Assembly (NCBI GenBank): GCA_051942205.1
Contig: JAVECO010000004.1
Span: forward strand, 1 to 64,000
DNA from: Coniocarpon cinnabarinum
Lineage: Eukaryota
DNA: 64,000 bases
Reading direction: 5' to 3'
Positions 25,462-36,670 of the stretch are shown in pieces; within the stretch, counting starts at the first letter, position 1, and the number at the start of each line of letters is the position of its first letter. The position numbers and the translations under genes are program-made. The notes beneath the pieces are model-generated. The model searched no databases. It had not been told where the DNA came from and saw only the letters and a list, made by a program, of their open reading frames with translations.

Positions 25462-25993
25462 GGCGCTTCACAACTACAAGTGTGTATAAATTTGGTGCGA
25501 CTGTATGCTGTTTTCTTGTATGATTGTAGACGTGTTTTGCACCTCTAAAAAAGTTAAAAGAAGACTATTTGGAAGCGCTCAAGCGAGCGCAATCGTATTC
25601 TTGCTACTCAAGAAGCCTATATAGGCTGTTGTAGTAGGTGCGAGAGCTCTGTGTAGGGGTCACTGTCGCTGGCGTCCTCTCGGCAGGGTAAGATATCTTT
25701 GGCAGGGTAAGCAATCTCACCCTGCCAGGCCCCTTGATTTGGACTATGTTAAATCTTACCCTACCTTACCTCCTCACCCTGCCGAGAGGACGCCGGCGAT
25801 AGTATCCCCTACATAGAGCTCTCGCACCTACTACAACAGCCTGTATAGGCTTCTTAAGTAGCAAGAACACGATTGCGGTCGCTTGAGCGCTTCAAATAGA
25901 GCTCCTTTTGGTAGGATTCAATGATGCAATGCATGTCCACAATCACAAAAAACAACTGCACAAATTTATACCCACTTGTAGTTATGAAGCGCC
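25462..25993. mobile_element. Foldback / MITE-like long imperfect inverted repeat
   Basis: Core arms 25565-25692 and 25773-25899 are reverse complements with ~10 differences; outer arms (25462-25535 vs ~25930-25993) also match. The loop carries further copies of GGCAGGGTRAG. Confidence 0.8.
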
Positions 25994-26461
25994 ATAGACT
26001 GCGCCAGCTCTAAAGCCTGACGATTGAGGCAAATCTATCTTCCGCGAGATTGAAGCGCTACAATTTCCTAAAAATTCTGACACTTTTTCGGGAATTTTGA
26101 TGCTATAGTCAGTTCTTCGATCAGGTTATGATTGCACGCCTTCTCAACGAGTGGTCTGAAGTCATTCTTGCACAGATTTATGCACAGGACACTTTCAGAT
26201 GCACGCGCCACGACTTGTGCAACCCAGCTTTGTTCTGAGCAAGAGTATTCCGTGCAATGGCGAGATGTCATGCACCTCACGAGGCCTTGAAGGGTGACGC
26301 GGCAGACACTTCGATCTAAAGCCCTTGCCACGCCTTGTTCATCTCTTGCAGGGACAAATATTGCAACCTGTCGTCCAAGCTACATTCGAGCGCCTGCTCT
26401 GGACCAGTCTCACACAATGGATTCGACTGTATCGCCTGGTGATTGTTCCATGGACACATTG

Positions 26462-29088
26462 CTAAAGTCGATTGCCATCCGGAAAAACATTGAAGCTCGA
26501 GTCGGAGACTCTGACTCGATGGCGGAGGCATTTCCCCCAGTGGATCTTCCCCTCGCCATTGAACTTGTCTTCAAGCTCTTTGTATGATCCTACGCGCCAG
26601 CCAAACTGTACGTCCCCTCCCTGGTGTCTCATCACGGTTTGTGTCACCACCAGCCGAGCGGGATCCCCATTTACATCCTTGGTTTTGAACTTGTTCCTGA
26701 GGCGCAAGTCCTTGACGGGAATATGAATCTCCGCCCAAGGAAATATGGCGGGGTCCAGTGCTGAATATGCACCGTTCACTCTCAGTGGACAATGATTCTT
26801 CAGGTTTCCGTCCACTGTACAGTATATTTTCAGACTTAAGGGTTCCGGATTACCTTTAGTGATAGTGATGAAGTGCTCCTGCCAGACGGACCTTTGGACA
26901 GCGTGCACGTCGTCTCGAAAATGGAGCTGCTGTCAATGCCATGAGCTCTGGGTAACAATCCTGGACGCTACATCGTGTTTAGCTCACCTGATCCAAAGGC
27001 CAAATCATACGATCTTCCACCACAAGTCTTTCCCTGCCACGCCGCTGCCCTGCATGCGAGATCTTTTGCAGGTTTTTATTCGCTACAGCATCTGGGTGTC
27101 GTGCGGGATTGAACGTCTCATCCCTTGCAAATCCGAATTTCACCCCCTGGAGACTTTGTTCAGCGACAAGATCCCCACAGCATAGTGAAACCGATATTAG
27201 TGGGCTTACCGGAGGGACAAAATCCACCTCAGAGTTAGCAAACCTCAAAAGTGCCCCGCGCACACAAGCAACTTCTTGATCGCTTGCCAATATTATCAGT
27301 ACATCGTACCAATGTGGTCAGAGTACAAGCGTACCGAACTCTGCCCATGATGTTTGTGTTACGGTCCTTGAACCTTCGGGTAACACAGTCGACAAAGTAG
27401 CGACATTCCCCCATGCCACCGGGAATGCAAATGAGCTGTAAATCTGGTCAGTCTGAAAACCCTGTCAGCACTGGACACCAGTACCTTTCTAGCATTTGGC
27501 TCATTGATATTGTCCAGTTGACGCTGAATGCAGCTCAGGTTTTGCTCGACAATGCTATCTACACAATCGTGTAGCTCGCGCTGTGTGATGAAAAGATCGT
27601 GACGCCCGGGTACCCCTGGGGCACCAAGACGTGCAATGTCCAGCTCCTCGTCTGCGTGACGACTTTGATCCAGAAGGTCTTTAGACATGTCACGGATCTT
27701 ATAATCTTCGATGTATTGTCTGGCGCGGTCTAAGATCTGCTCCATGGTGCATTTTCGCTAAGTGAAGGTTAGTAGGTGCATGCCTCGGTCCTTCTCCAAG
27801 ATAAGCAGGCTTGATTGCAATCCACCAAGACATCGGTAATGAAACTGCAGCTTTTCGACTTACCTGCGCTGCTCGACTGCCGTTGAACCATTCTGATATT
27901 CTAGGCTTCACGACTTCCATGATTCTTTGGTTGATGAAAGCTGACCCTGGTGCTTCGCCTATACTTTCTGATTAGCAAGAAGCTCAAAGGCGCGATTGCA
28001 CCATACTTGCCAATGGGTTCACCAATCATTCGAAGAGGTGTTTTAACAGTAGCAGTACAGTCGGACACTGTATCCTTTGTTTCTGTGCATTTTTCATACT
28101 GCGCAAGACGATAGTCCTGCTTCAATTAGCGTGCAACAGAAACACATTCAGGCTAACATTTACTGAGGTTCCACCGCCAATGTTCGCGATGACGGCGTAT
28201 GTTCCCACCTGGATGTCATTTAGATTCGAAGTTACTATTTCCGAAAATGTGGATCGGCTGACCTGAGCATGAAGCGGAAAGCGTTCTGTGGTCATCGACA
28301 ACGCAATGCAAAATGCCTCAGGCAATGCACGGACAGATCTCGCGCCGGTCGATTTTCCGGCTTCAATGAATCGTTTTTTTTGTGTGGGGTCAAATCTTTC
28401 CGGCACGCACAGAAAGAGTTCAACGTCCACATCGTCCACATCACCAACGTCAAGTTGCTCGAGACGACATTGCGCGTCGCTCCTCATTTTTTGGGTGAAT
28501 GCCCGAAGGCAGTCCTCTGTCACCTGCCAGAGATTCTTGCCAAGACATTCTACTTGTTGCAACACTCGCTCACCCTCGGCTGTCAGTGGGAAGTAAATTG
28601 CCATTTTGCTAGAAAGTCCGATTCTTAGCGTCGTTCTCTTCTGAGCTATAAGGGGACAGCAGAATGATTTACATCATATCGATTCTCCGTTGCGCTAGTT
28701 CCAGCGCCTCTGTTGTCCTTGAATCCAAAGCTGTCTGGGCGTCATAGCCCCAAAGGAGCTCTCCCCTCTTGTTGTAACAAATTATCATAGGAGCAGCCCA
28801 CTGTCGCAACAGCCCCCTGCAGGTTTGTTCTATGTCAACTGCGACACGTGGGAAAGGGTATGGAAGGCCAAATTACATTTCGACTGGAAAAATGGTCTGC
28901 AAGGTGGGCTCATCCTCCTCGTCCTCAATGATTGTGTATGCATGTTTAAGCCACGTCGTGCCGAAGTCGATGCAGTAACGAAGGTATGGGTAGCGGCGCT
29001 GTTGTTGCGTGTGTGCACCTGAAATGTCGGTCCTCAAACGTTTGCTCTGCTGCAGGCGAGCTGACGTTCGTTGACGACCTCTTTTCAT
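26462..29088 (-). CDS. Divergent Hsp70/actin-fold ATPase (HSPA12-like fungal family), 11 exons, ~672 aa
   Basis: Exons read by eye: 29088-28877, 28816-28673, 28608-28263, 28208-28164, 28116-28011, 27958-27864, 27757-27485, 27435-27335, 27282-27210, 27146-26988, 26926-26462 (2019 nt, open; one GC-AG intron). Motifs in order: CIDFGTT, APMIICY...LLWGY, FLCVPERF, PEAFCIA, ANIGGGTSD, PGSAFIN, IPGGMG, VRGALL, KFGF.RDE.F.P.RH. Confidence 0.85.
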
Positions 29089-29538
29089 TGTTCGGACTAG
29101 TCTGAGTCGATATAACGCAGGAGCTAGGAAGCTTTCAACGCTTTTTGCTTAGGACGATTCAGGCGCCTTTTTGGAGATAGTCCAGCCTGAAGAGTGCCAA
29201 TACTAGGCGGTGGTATTGTCTTGGTAGGGAAGAAAAAGCTACGCGAGAACCAAAAATCGGTCAACAATCGCGAAGAATACGCGCGATAGCTATTCTCCTG
29301 CAAACCACGCAGGGGTAGAAACACTGGTCGCATGATCTTCGCCGTTGGCAAATGGGATAAGACTACACTGCGAGATCCCGTCTTGGCGTAGGCAGCGTGC
29401 ATGGGTCCTACCAGAACCTTTGGAGCTCGTTTTATGACACCCAAACCTCTGGAATAGGCAGCAACCCAACGGTTTGTCGTACACAAGGGGCACTGTTGCT
29501 AGCTTTGCGACGCCTAAGACCTCTTTGATTCCTTCGTT

Positions 29539-31398
29539 ATGCCTCGGCGTTGTCAAGCACCTACCAGTGCCACGAGCGAAACGTATAGAACATTGTGCTC
29601 GTATGCGGACGCGGGCATATTTGCCTCAGGTTCCACCGATCTTCAAGAGGCCCTTGCTCAGATCCTGCGTGAACAAGATGGCAAGCTGCTTTGCGTTGGA
29701 GGAAACGACAAGAGTCCAAAGCGCCACAATGTTCAGACGCTTAAGATAACCGCGGGAAAGATGCTCAAGTACACCAAAAGAACTTTCAAATATGGAGGTG
29801 GACAGAAATGTCTGGAGTTCTTTCGACACGGTACACAAATCATGGATTCGTCGTTCTTGGAGACCATTGGATACAGGGTTGGCGACGGCCTGACAGCCGC
29901 TGCTCCACTGTCGCGGGTTTCGCCTTCACGTCGAACGCCGCCTTCGCAAAATGTTACCTCTCTTGAGGAACATTCGTCTGTAAGTTTCGTTCCATTCTTA
30001 AGACTTCATGCGCGATCCAGCATACTAAGAGACAGAACAACGATCATTGCTGCTAACAAAGATGCTCTGAGAATTGCTGCAGCGATGACTGACCATTGCA
30101 AAAGGCATCTTCGGAGCAGAGTCAGAGCAACAAGGGCGGCGTGTGGGAGCCTCCAACCGCAGCAGGAAGAAAAAGAGCGCATCAGCTTGTCCATGCGCAA
30201 AGCGACTTCGACTTCCTTTCAGACGCCTCAACGAGACCGTCGTACTCGCCCACATCCGCGCGGACTCCTTCCTCATCCACACCTCAAACTTCGCGAGATA
30301 AGACTAAAACGCGTTCTCGGAAACGCACAAAGCGGGCAAAAGCTTCTCATGGGATTCAGCAGGCACAGGACCCTGCTCTGCACCTTGACGCTGCAAACCT
30401 GCAATTCAGGATTCGAAGCATCAGGATAGGCATCGAGAAAGGCGTGTTCGCTTTCTGCAAACAACTGGTAAGTGCGTGGGGTCGCATGTGTACACACTGA
30501 CTGATGAAATGCAGATACCTGAGACCGACACTACGCGCAGCTGTCTTTCTGGCGCTCCCGTTGAACTCCAAAGTCTCTACGCGATGGGTCTCTGTGCAGG
30601 AGACGCGACGCTAGTCGAGCAACGAACGATTCAAGTGCTGAAATGCAGCCATGTAACTGCGCAAGACATTCTCCGTTGTCTTTGTGCCGCAGGCATAGTC
30701 GCCTATGTCTTCGACACAGTGTCGCCCCCGTTGTGGATGCCCCCGGACAAATACCTTGCAGATCTTAGTCCAGTCGACCAGTGGGCTCTTCGCAGCGCAA
30801 TCGAGAAGATGGGTAAGTTCGTTCCACTCTCAAAGGCTCGTGACACACTCGATACTCGAGATTTTACTGACACGGCCCAGGCCTCGACCCCGACCACCTC
30901 CTTCGCCGCGCCTGTCTCGAACGCGCCAACTACCCCACTCTCACCCATACCGAAACCGAAACCCAAGCCGAGCGCCTGACCGACCGCTTGATGAAAGCAA
31001 TCTGGCTCCACGTCCAGTCCATCACGCCCCCATCCCAACAGAATAGCTTAGCCGCTCGTCAACCCACCTGGCGCGAGTCCATCAAAGCTTGCTTTGTCGA
31101 AGCTCTCCGACTAAAGGAGCGTCTACTTGCCACTTGTCCAGAAGCACAGTTACGGTTTTATGCGGGAGATGCAGGGGATAGGCAGTTGATGAGAGAGGAT
31201 GGGAGTGAGGATTTGTCAAGGGAGGGGAAGGTTGCGTTGACGATATTTCCGGCGTTGATGTGGGTGAAAGACGGGCAACGAGGGCAGGGGAATGGTGGGC
31301 GGGTGGCTGGGGGGAGTGACCAGGGAAAGAAAGGGATGCTTGATGATGAGGGGAGGAGCGAGGTTTGCATTGAGAAGGCGGTTGTGGTGCTGGAATGA
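29539..31398 (+). CDS. Hypothetical protein (~539 aa, 4 exons) with a helical region and GrpE-like C-terminal pattern; divergent partner of the Hsp70-like gene
   Basis: Exons 29539-29979, 30105-30467, 30515-30812, 30881-31398 (1620 nt, open). C-terminal half: LRCLCAAGIVAYVFD...ALRLKERLL...FYAGD..DRQLM...KVALTIFPAL...EVCIEKAVVVLE*. First exon and intron 1 are less certain. Confidence 0.72.
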
Positions 31399-32040
31399 TT
31401 ATTGTGTCAGACGTAGTCGGAACTGAATGATCGTCGAGCTAGATTGCTGGTCAAGCTGGAGAAATAGGATTGTTACAATGATCATGTATTAACACTCCAA
31501 CGCTCGAGAATGCGGATGCGTACTTACTGCAGTTATATTATTGTTTAAGATGTGCTGCTGTCACGCTGCCTTGGACACTGCTCTGCGACTGCCCGAATCC
31601 CACGCGACTGTTTATGCTGTATCGAATTTTCGGCTGGTAGCACGGACGCCATTCGACGCATATTTTGCGACTACAACGCAGAAGGGGCAACTTAATCTAA
31701 TGGAGAACGCAGCATGAAGAGTGACGGCGAAAACGTTTCAAATGCGTCCCGGACCAAGTACCAAGATCCATCGTGAGAAACACGTACTAAAGACTTCGAA
31801 TCGAAGCCCAAGCGCATCGTCGCTACTCGGCTTACCTCCATTGAATGTGGCTCAAATTTGAGATTCAACGGGCGAAAAACTTAGTAGAGAAGTAGATCAA
31901 TATCGGCACCGCAGCTTAGTATTTTGACAAGAAGGCATTAATGTGAGAATGTTGTCAAACACGATTCTTTTCTGATTCGAGCCAGCATTACACGATGCGA
32001 AGTTTGAAACTACAGAGCAAGCTTTTCGGGCTCCTTGCGT

Positions 32041-32430
32041 TTGCGCATGAGCGAGATGAAGCGTAGATTAGACTTTCAGCTCGTTGTGAAGCATGTAGAA
32101 GAGCCGCGTGCTATCAGCGAGGTTGCAAATAGCGCGTTGATCTTACAAGTAACTATCTGATGTGGGGAACAGTAAAAAGAGCTCGAGAAGGAGTAGTAAA
32201 AACTACATGAATGCTGTGCAGAGAGAAGCGACGATCGGCTGGAGCAAGGCCAGGCAAGAGCAAAGTTAAGTAATAATAATCGTTTCCAAGAAGTAAGGCA
32301 AGAGCAAACTTGATGTAAAGTAAGAATGAATAGGTGGTGGATCGGCTGAGAAGAGGCGCCTCTCGCACGTAGCAAAATGAGGAGGCGGAATTATAAGTCA
32401 AGCTTACACCTCAAACAGAGCTGCGAGTAC
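32041..32430 (+). pseudogene. Possible decayed coiled-coil coding relic
   Basis: One frame reads ...GEQ*KELEKE**KLHE...RLEQGQARAK...QEVRQEQT*; the stops are explicable as C-to-T hits on CAA/CAG/CGA codons. Confidence 0.35.
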
Positions 32431-32936
32431 CTGTCTGTGAGTACCTGCGCTAAGACGAGGCAATGTCATCTTCCGCTTGCTTCTGATTTTGCAATAACTT
32501 GAACACGCAGTATTTCCGTATTGTTGCCTACCGCTGAGCATGAGGCTGTGCATGAGAGCTGCCTTCAAGAAGCCTCGCGTAACATCATGTCTTGAGCCAC
32601 TTGATACACGGACAAGCACTCAGCGTATAGAAGTTTCACGCCGTCTAGTAGGCCAAGGCTAGACGTTAATTTCTACCGACCTACGTTCCGTACGTAGCTA
32701 ATCTTCGGTCAACAACGAGGCAGGTGTACACATGCGCGCCAGGAAGAGCAAGGGTACTGTCCGCAACGCATTGTCACACCGACGTGCAACGGTATATCCA
32801 GTGCAGGCAGCCTATTCGATGCACGTTGAACAGCATTGAACTTCAAGCATGCGCTAAAGCCTGTCAGCTAGAAACCCGCTGTTGGAGGTTTGCGAGACAC
32901 GCCACCGGCTCCTTCGTCCACGTTCAATGCACCTGA

Positions 32937-34650
32937 CTAACTGCCTTCCAACACGCTGCCCCTGCGGCGTAAAGGCGATTGATCGTCGTGATCATCCTTT
33001 TTCCAATGGTTTCCCCCGTGATGTTCCTTACCTGGGTGGTCATCCGACTTCTTGTTCCGTTGATCGCGTTCCCTTCTGTCCTGGAATTGTCTCCGTTTAT
33101 GTTCCTGACTGTCCCTCGCTCCTTGTTGTTCGTCTTTGGGTGGGCGTCCGAATGGGAACTTGTGCATCTCCTCGTCTCGCTTCCTGAGTTGCTCGGGGTC
33201 CGGTCTATCCTTCTGCTCGAATGAGCGTTTCAGATGTCCAGAGTCTTGCTTCAAAGACTGAAAAGAATCGCGTCTCCCAGTGTGGTCGGAGCTCGACGAG
33301 CCACCCTTTATGTCCGATGGGGTGTCCTTGTCTTCCCTGTCCTTTTCTTCCGTAATGGCTGGGGGGACCACGGGTATCTTCTCCTCTTCTTGTGCGGCTC
33401 TCAGTTCAGCTTCTTCCTTGAGAGGGCTTTCGGGTACTGTGGAAAAGCCTGACCTTTTCGAGTTCGACTCGAACGACGACCGTGGAGTGGGAATTAAATC
33501 CGTGGGTTTGTCATCAGACTCTTGATGTTCAGTCTGCTTTTTGGGGGTTTGCTTTTTGGCGACTGGCGTCAGCTCCTTGAAATTGAACCGGTCGAGTTTT
33601 TCGCGTAGATCACCTTTGCGAGGTCTTGACGTCATATTCACCATTTCCTGGTACCATCGCGGTTGGGTCGGCGGTTGGTTGGGTGTTTGATACTGATTTT
33701 CAATGTCCGGTTCCTGAGCATCATGGAAGTACTCCTTTGAGGAGCCTTGTTCGTAGGGATACAGTGGCGTTTGTTTTGTAGAGAAGGTCTGTTGTGCCTT
33801 TCCTGGGATAATCAAATCCTTTCCCTCTGATGTTTGTGGCACTTTGCGAGCGGGACCTACGGTTGGGTTCTGTGTAGGTTCTGTGGTCGCCGTCGGCATA
33901 GGGCCTGACTGCGTTCGTTTCATCTTATTATGCTTGCCGGGCGAAGGTGCATCACCAGACTTCTTCTCCCGTGACCCTTTTCCTATCGTTAACTTCGAAC
34001 TGATGTGTCTGAGGTTGGGCGAGCTCTGTGTCTTGTTCATAGACTCGTTTGGTCCAGAGGACGATGAGCCTTGCCTCAGTGGTTGTCCAGCGATGAAGCT
34101 TGCTGTCTTAGTCCGTGGCTTCAGTGAGCCATCTGACGACTTTTCAAACAAGCCTGGGTGACCGCCTTGTTGCTGCAATTCGACAATTCTTTCCGTTGCA
34201 TCAGTATCATTACGACGCATGAGGTGAGCCATTACACTGTTCACGACGTTAGGATGTTGGTGTGCGATTTCTCTGGCCCGCTGTTCCTCTTGAGGCGTTG
34301 CTTCACCCATCCAGTATCTTTTGAGCGTGCGATACCACCTGGGAATCAGGATAGCAATTGATATCGCAGTGCCAGAGGCAACACAAGCACCCACGTATCC
34401 CATCATGACCTCTACGTGAATGGTTTCATTCCAAGCCGGAGCTGCCAAGCAAGTCAGCTTCCCCAAGCTTATTGAAGTGTTTAATGATATGCATACTCTG
34501 TTCACCGAAAGTAGACGGTCGAGGCATACTGTCATGTGACGACGTAGCGATTGAGATCAGAAGTACGACTGAGACAAGCGGTGCCTGACAATACCAGTCC
34601 GTGATGCGGAACCTGCCGGTAATTTTGTGTTCAAGATACAATTTCAGTCC
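32937..34650 (-). CDS. Hypothetical single-pass membrane protein with a long disordered K/E/D/S-rich tail; 5' end unresolved
   Basis: Long open frame 32937 to ~34440 with TM segment VMMGYVGACVASGTAISIAILIPRW. A GTATGC...GCTGAC...CAG intron (~34442-34496) links it to an upstream hydrophobic exon (PLVSVVLLISIATS). Confidence 0.6.
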
Positions 34651-36670
34651 AGCGCTACTAGGTCAAGCAAGCTAGTCTATCAAATCCAAGATCGAAGGAG
34701 CAATGAAGAGCGCAAATTACTCCGAACTATTTATGCACCCAAGAGGCAGAGAACAGATTTTCTTTGCTGAGCAAAAAAGGCATCTCTGAATTGATCGTTC
34801 GACGCAGACGCAGCTCGCAATAGGCCATACGTCATGTAAGCTCCACGTGGATGAATGGCGTAACTCAAACCCGATAGAATATAGTGGTAGAAAAATATTG
34901 ACCCGGTCAGGTCCTCAAATATTCGCCTCCCGCGGCAAGTCAGCTGTAAGATTCGCGACACGTCCTGTCATGCTGATCCGAGGATCGACTGGACAATAGA
35001 AGCGATCTGCGGGGACTGTTGTGTACAAAATACTTTGAGATCCAGCTGCGACAGCAGTGATGCACGGCAGCAGTGTCGGGCACGGAAAGCTAATGAGGCG
35101 GAACATAATCATCCACAGGGCTCCAGATTTGGCTGATACCTGCTTCACATTGATTAGTCGTGATAAGAAGTCTTAATTGCACACCGACACCGCGAGAGTG
35201 CCTAACAATTTGCAGGTTGCCCTACGACGTTGGGATACACATTGTATTTTTAAACGATGGGGATGCTCAGTCACTTCGGCAAGATCGTAGGACCGTGAAT
35301 TCCTAGCGTGTGAAGATGAGGGCCTTCGACGGGTGCGACTGTCTGCGAAACGTGATACTTGCATCCCAGTTTAGACAACTTGTTGCGCATGCAGCATGTT
35401 GCCGTGAATGGATACCTGCACACACCCAACAACCAAGAATGTCGCCGGCACAAGATGGCGCAATACGTGATGAAGGAGCCGTCTCGGACACTAGGATCCT
35501 GAAACAAGACAGACCGTGGGTTGCGGGAACTCCTATTGTGACAAGTGCTGGTCAAACAAGTCCTTCACGATGTGCGAAGTAAATGGAGCCATGATAGCTG
35601 TCATCATCGAATGACTCGACCAGTGATCGCCAACAAGCTGAGGTCCGTTAATGCGAAGTTCTACAAGACTGGACTATGTCCGCCGCCTACAGAGAGGGTT
35701 GGGCGACGCAGTGCAGCATCGCATCGCACTGTAGTCGTAAAAGAAATGCTGTAACGCCCGCCGTTGCCGACATGCATGAAAACACAGCACAGTTAGAAAG
35801 ATCGCTCGCAGCCACAAAGTTTCGCCAATCAACTGAGAGAACGTATTGACCTTGGCTACGCTCTGGAACGAGTACGTAATGGATTGCCCCATCAGCCGCG
35901 TTACTAGTCCAACCTGTGTCTGATCAGCCGCTCAAGGAGACTACAAGAGATGAAACTAGGTGGAAATCGCTTTTTCGAACGAAAACGACATCTGGCTGCG
36001 AAAGTTAATTGTAGAAAGCACTCTAGATTGAAACGTAAGGCGCCTTTGTGAGCATATGAGAGGATTTTTGAGTCAGGGACGGAACTTGTCGGTTATACGG
36101 CAATGTGCAGTAAGATCGGCACCGCTCAGAGCCGCAGTTGGACCTTGTGTGAAAATCTTTGGCAGGTAATTTTCATTGAAACTCAATTGTGGAGCATCTG
36201 GAGATCTGCATTGTTCTCGTGACCCTACTACAAAAATTGCATGTTTCTTTAACATTTTTAAGGACACATTGCAAGAGTAATCGCTAGCTGTGCGGAGGAG
36301 GTACGCGCTGTCAGAGCGTGAGGTTGCAGGCACGCAGTACCAGCTGATACAGAGGCCTCATGGGATTTTTGGCGGGTGTATCGGTGAGATGACCAAAACA
36401 CATTAATAAACGGAGCCGCGAGAAGTAGGAGGAAGAAGAAGGTAAGGAATGTCCAGTGAGCATGGCAAAGGAAACGTGGAGAAATGATATTGGTGCTAGC
36501 ACGCAGTAGGTATAGCGTGGACTCGGATTATTTCTGTTCCTGGACGAGTACCTGAACTTCAACCAGCATGATGCATCAGCGCTGATGCCTGTAGAGCCTG
36601 GCACGCGCATTGGACCCGGCGCCTTACATGGAAATGCGCTCGACCACTCAGCGAGCTCGTATGGACAGGG

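Noticed and set aside
26462..29088. Hsp70 pseudogene or canonical SSA/SSB chaperone
   Set aside because: The fragments are explained by ten introns giving an open frame, and the protein lacks the canonical substrate-binding domain and EEVD.
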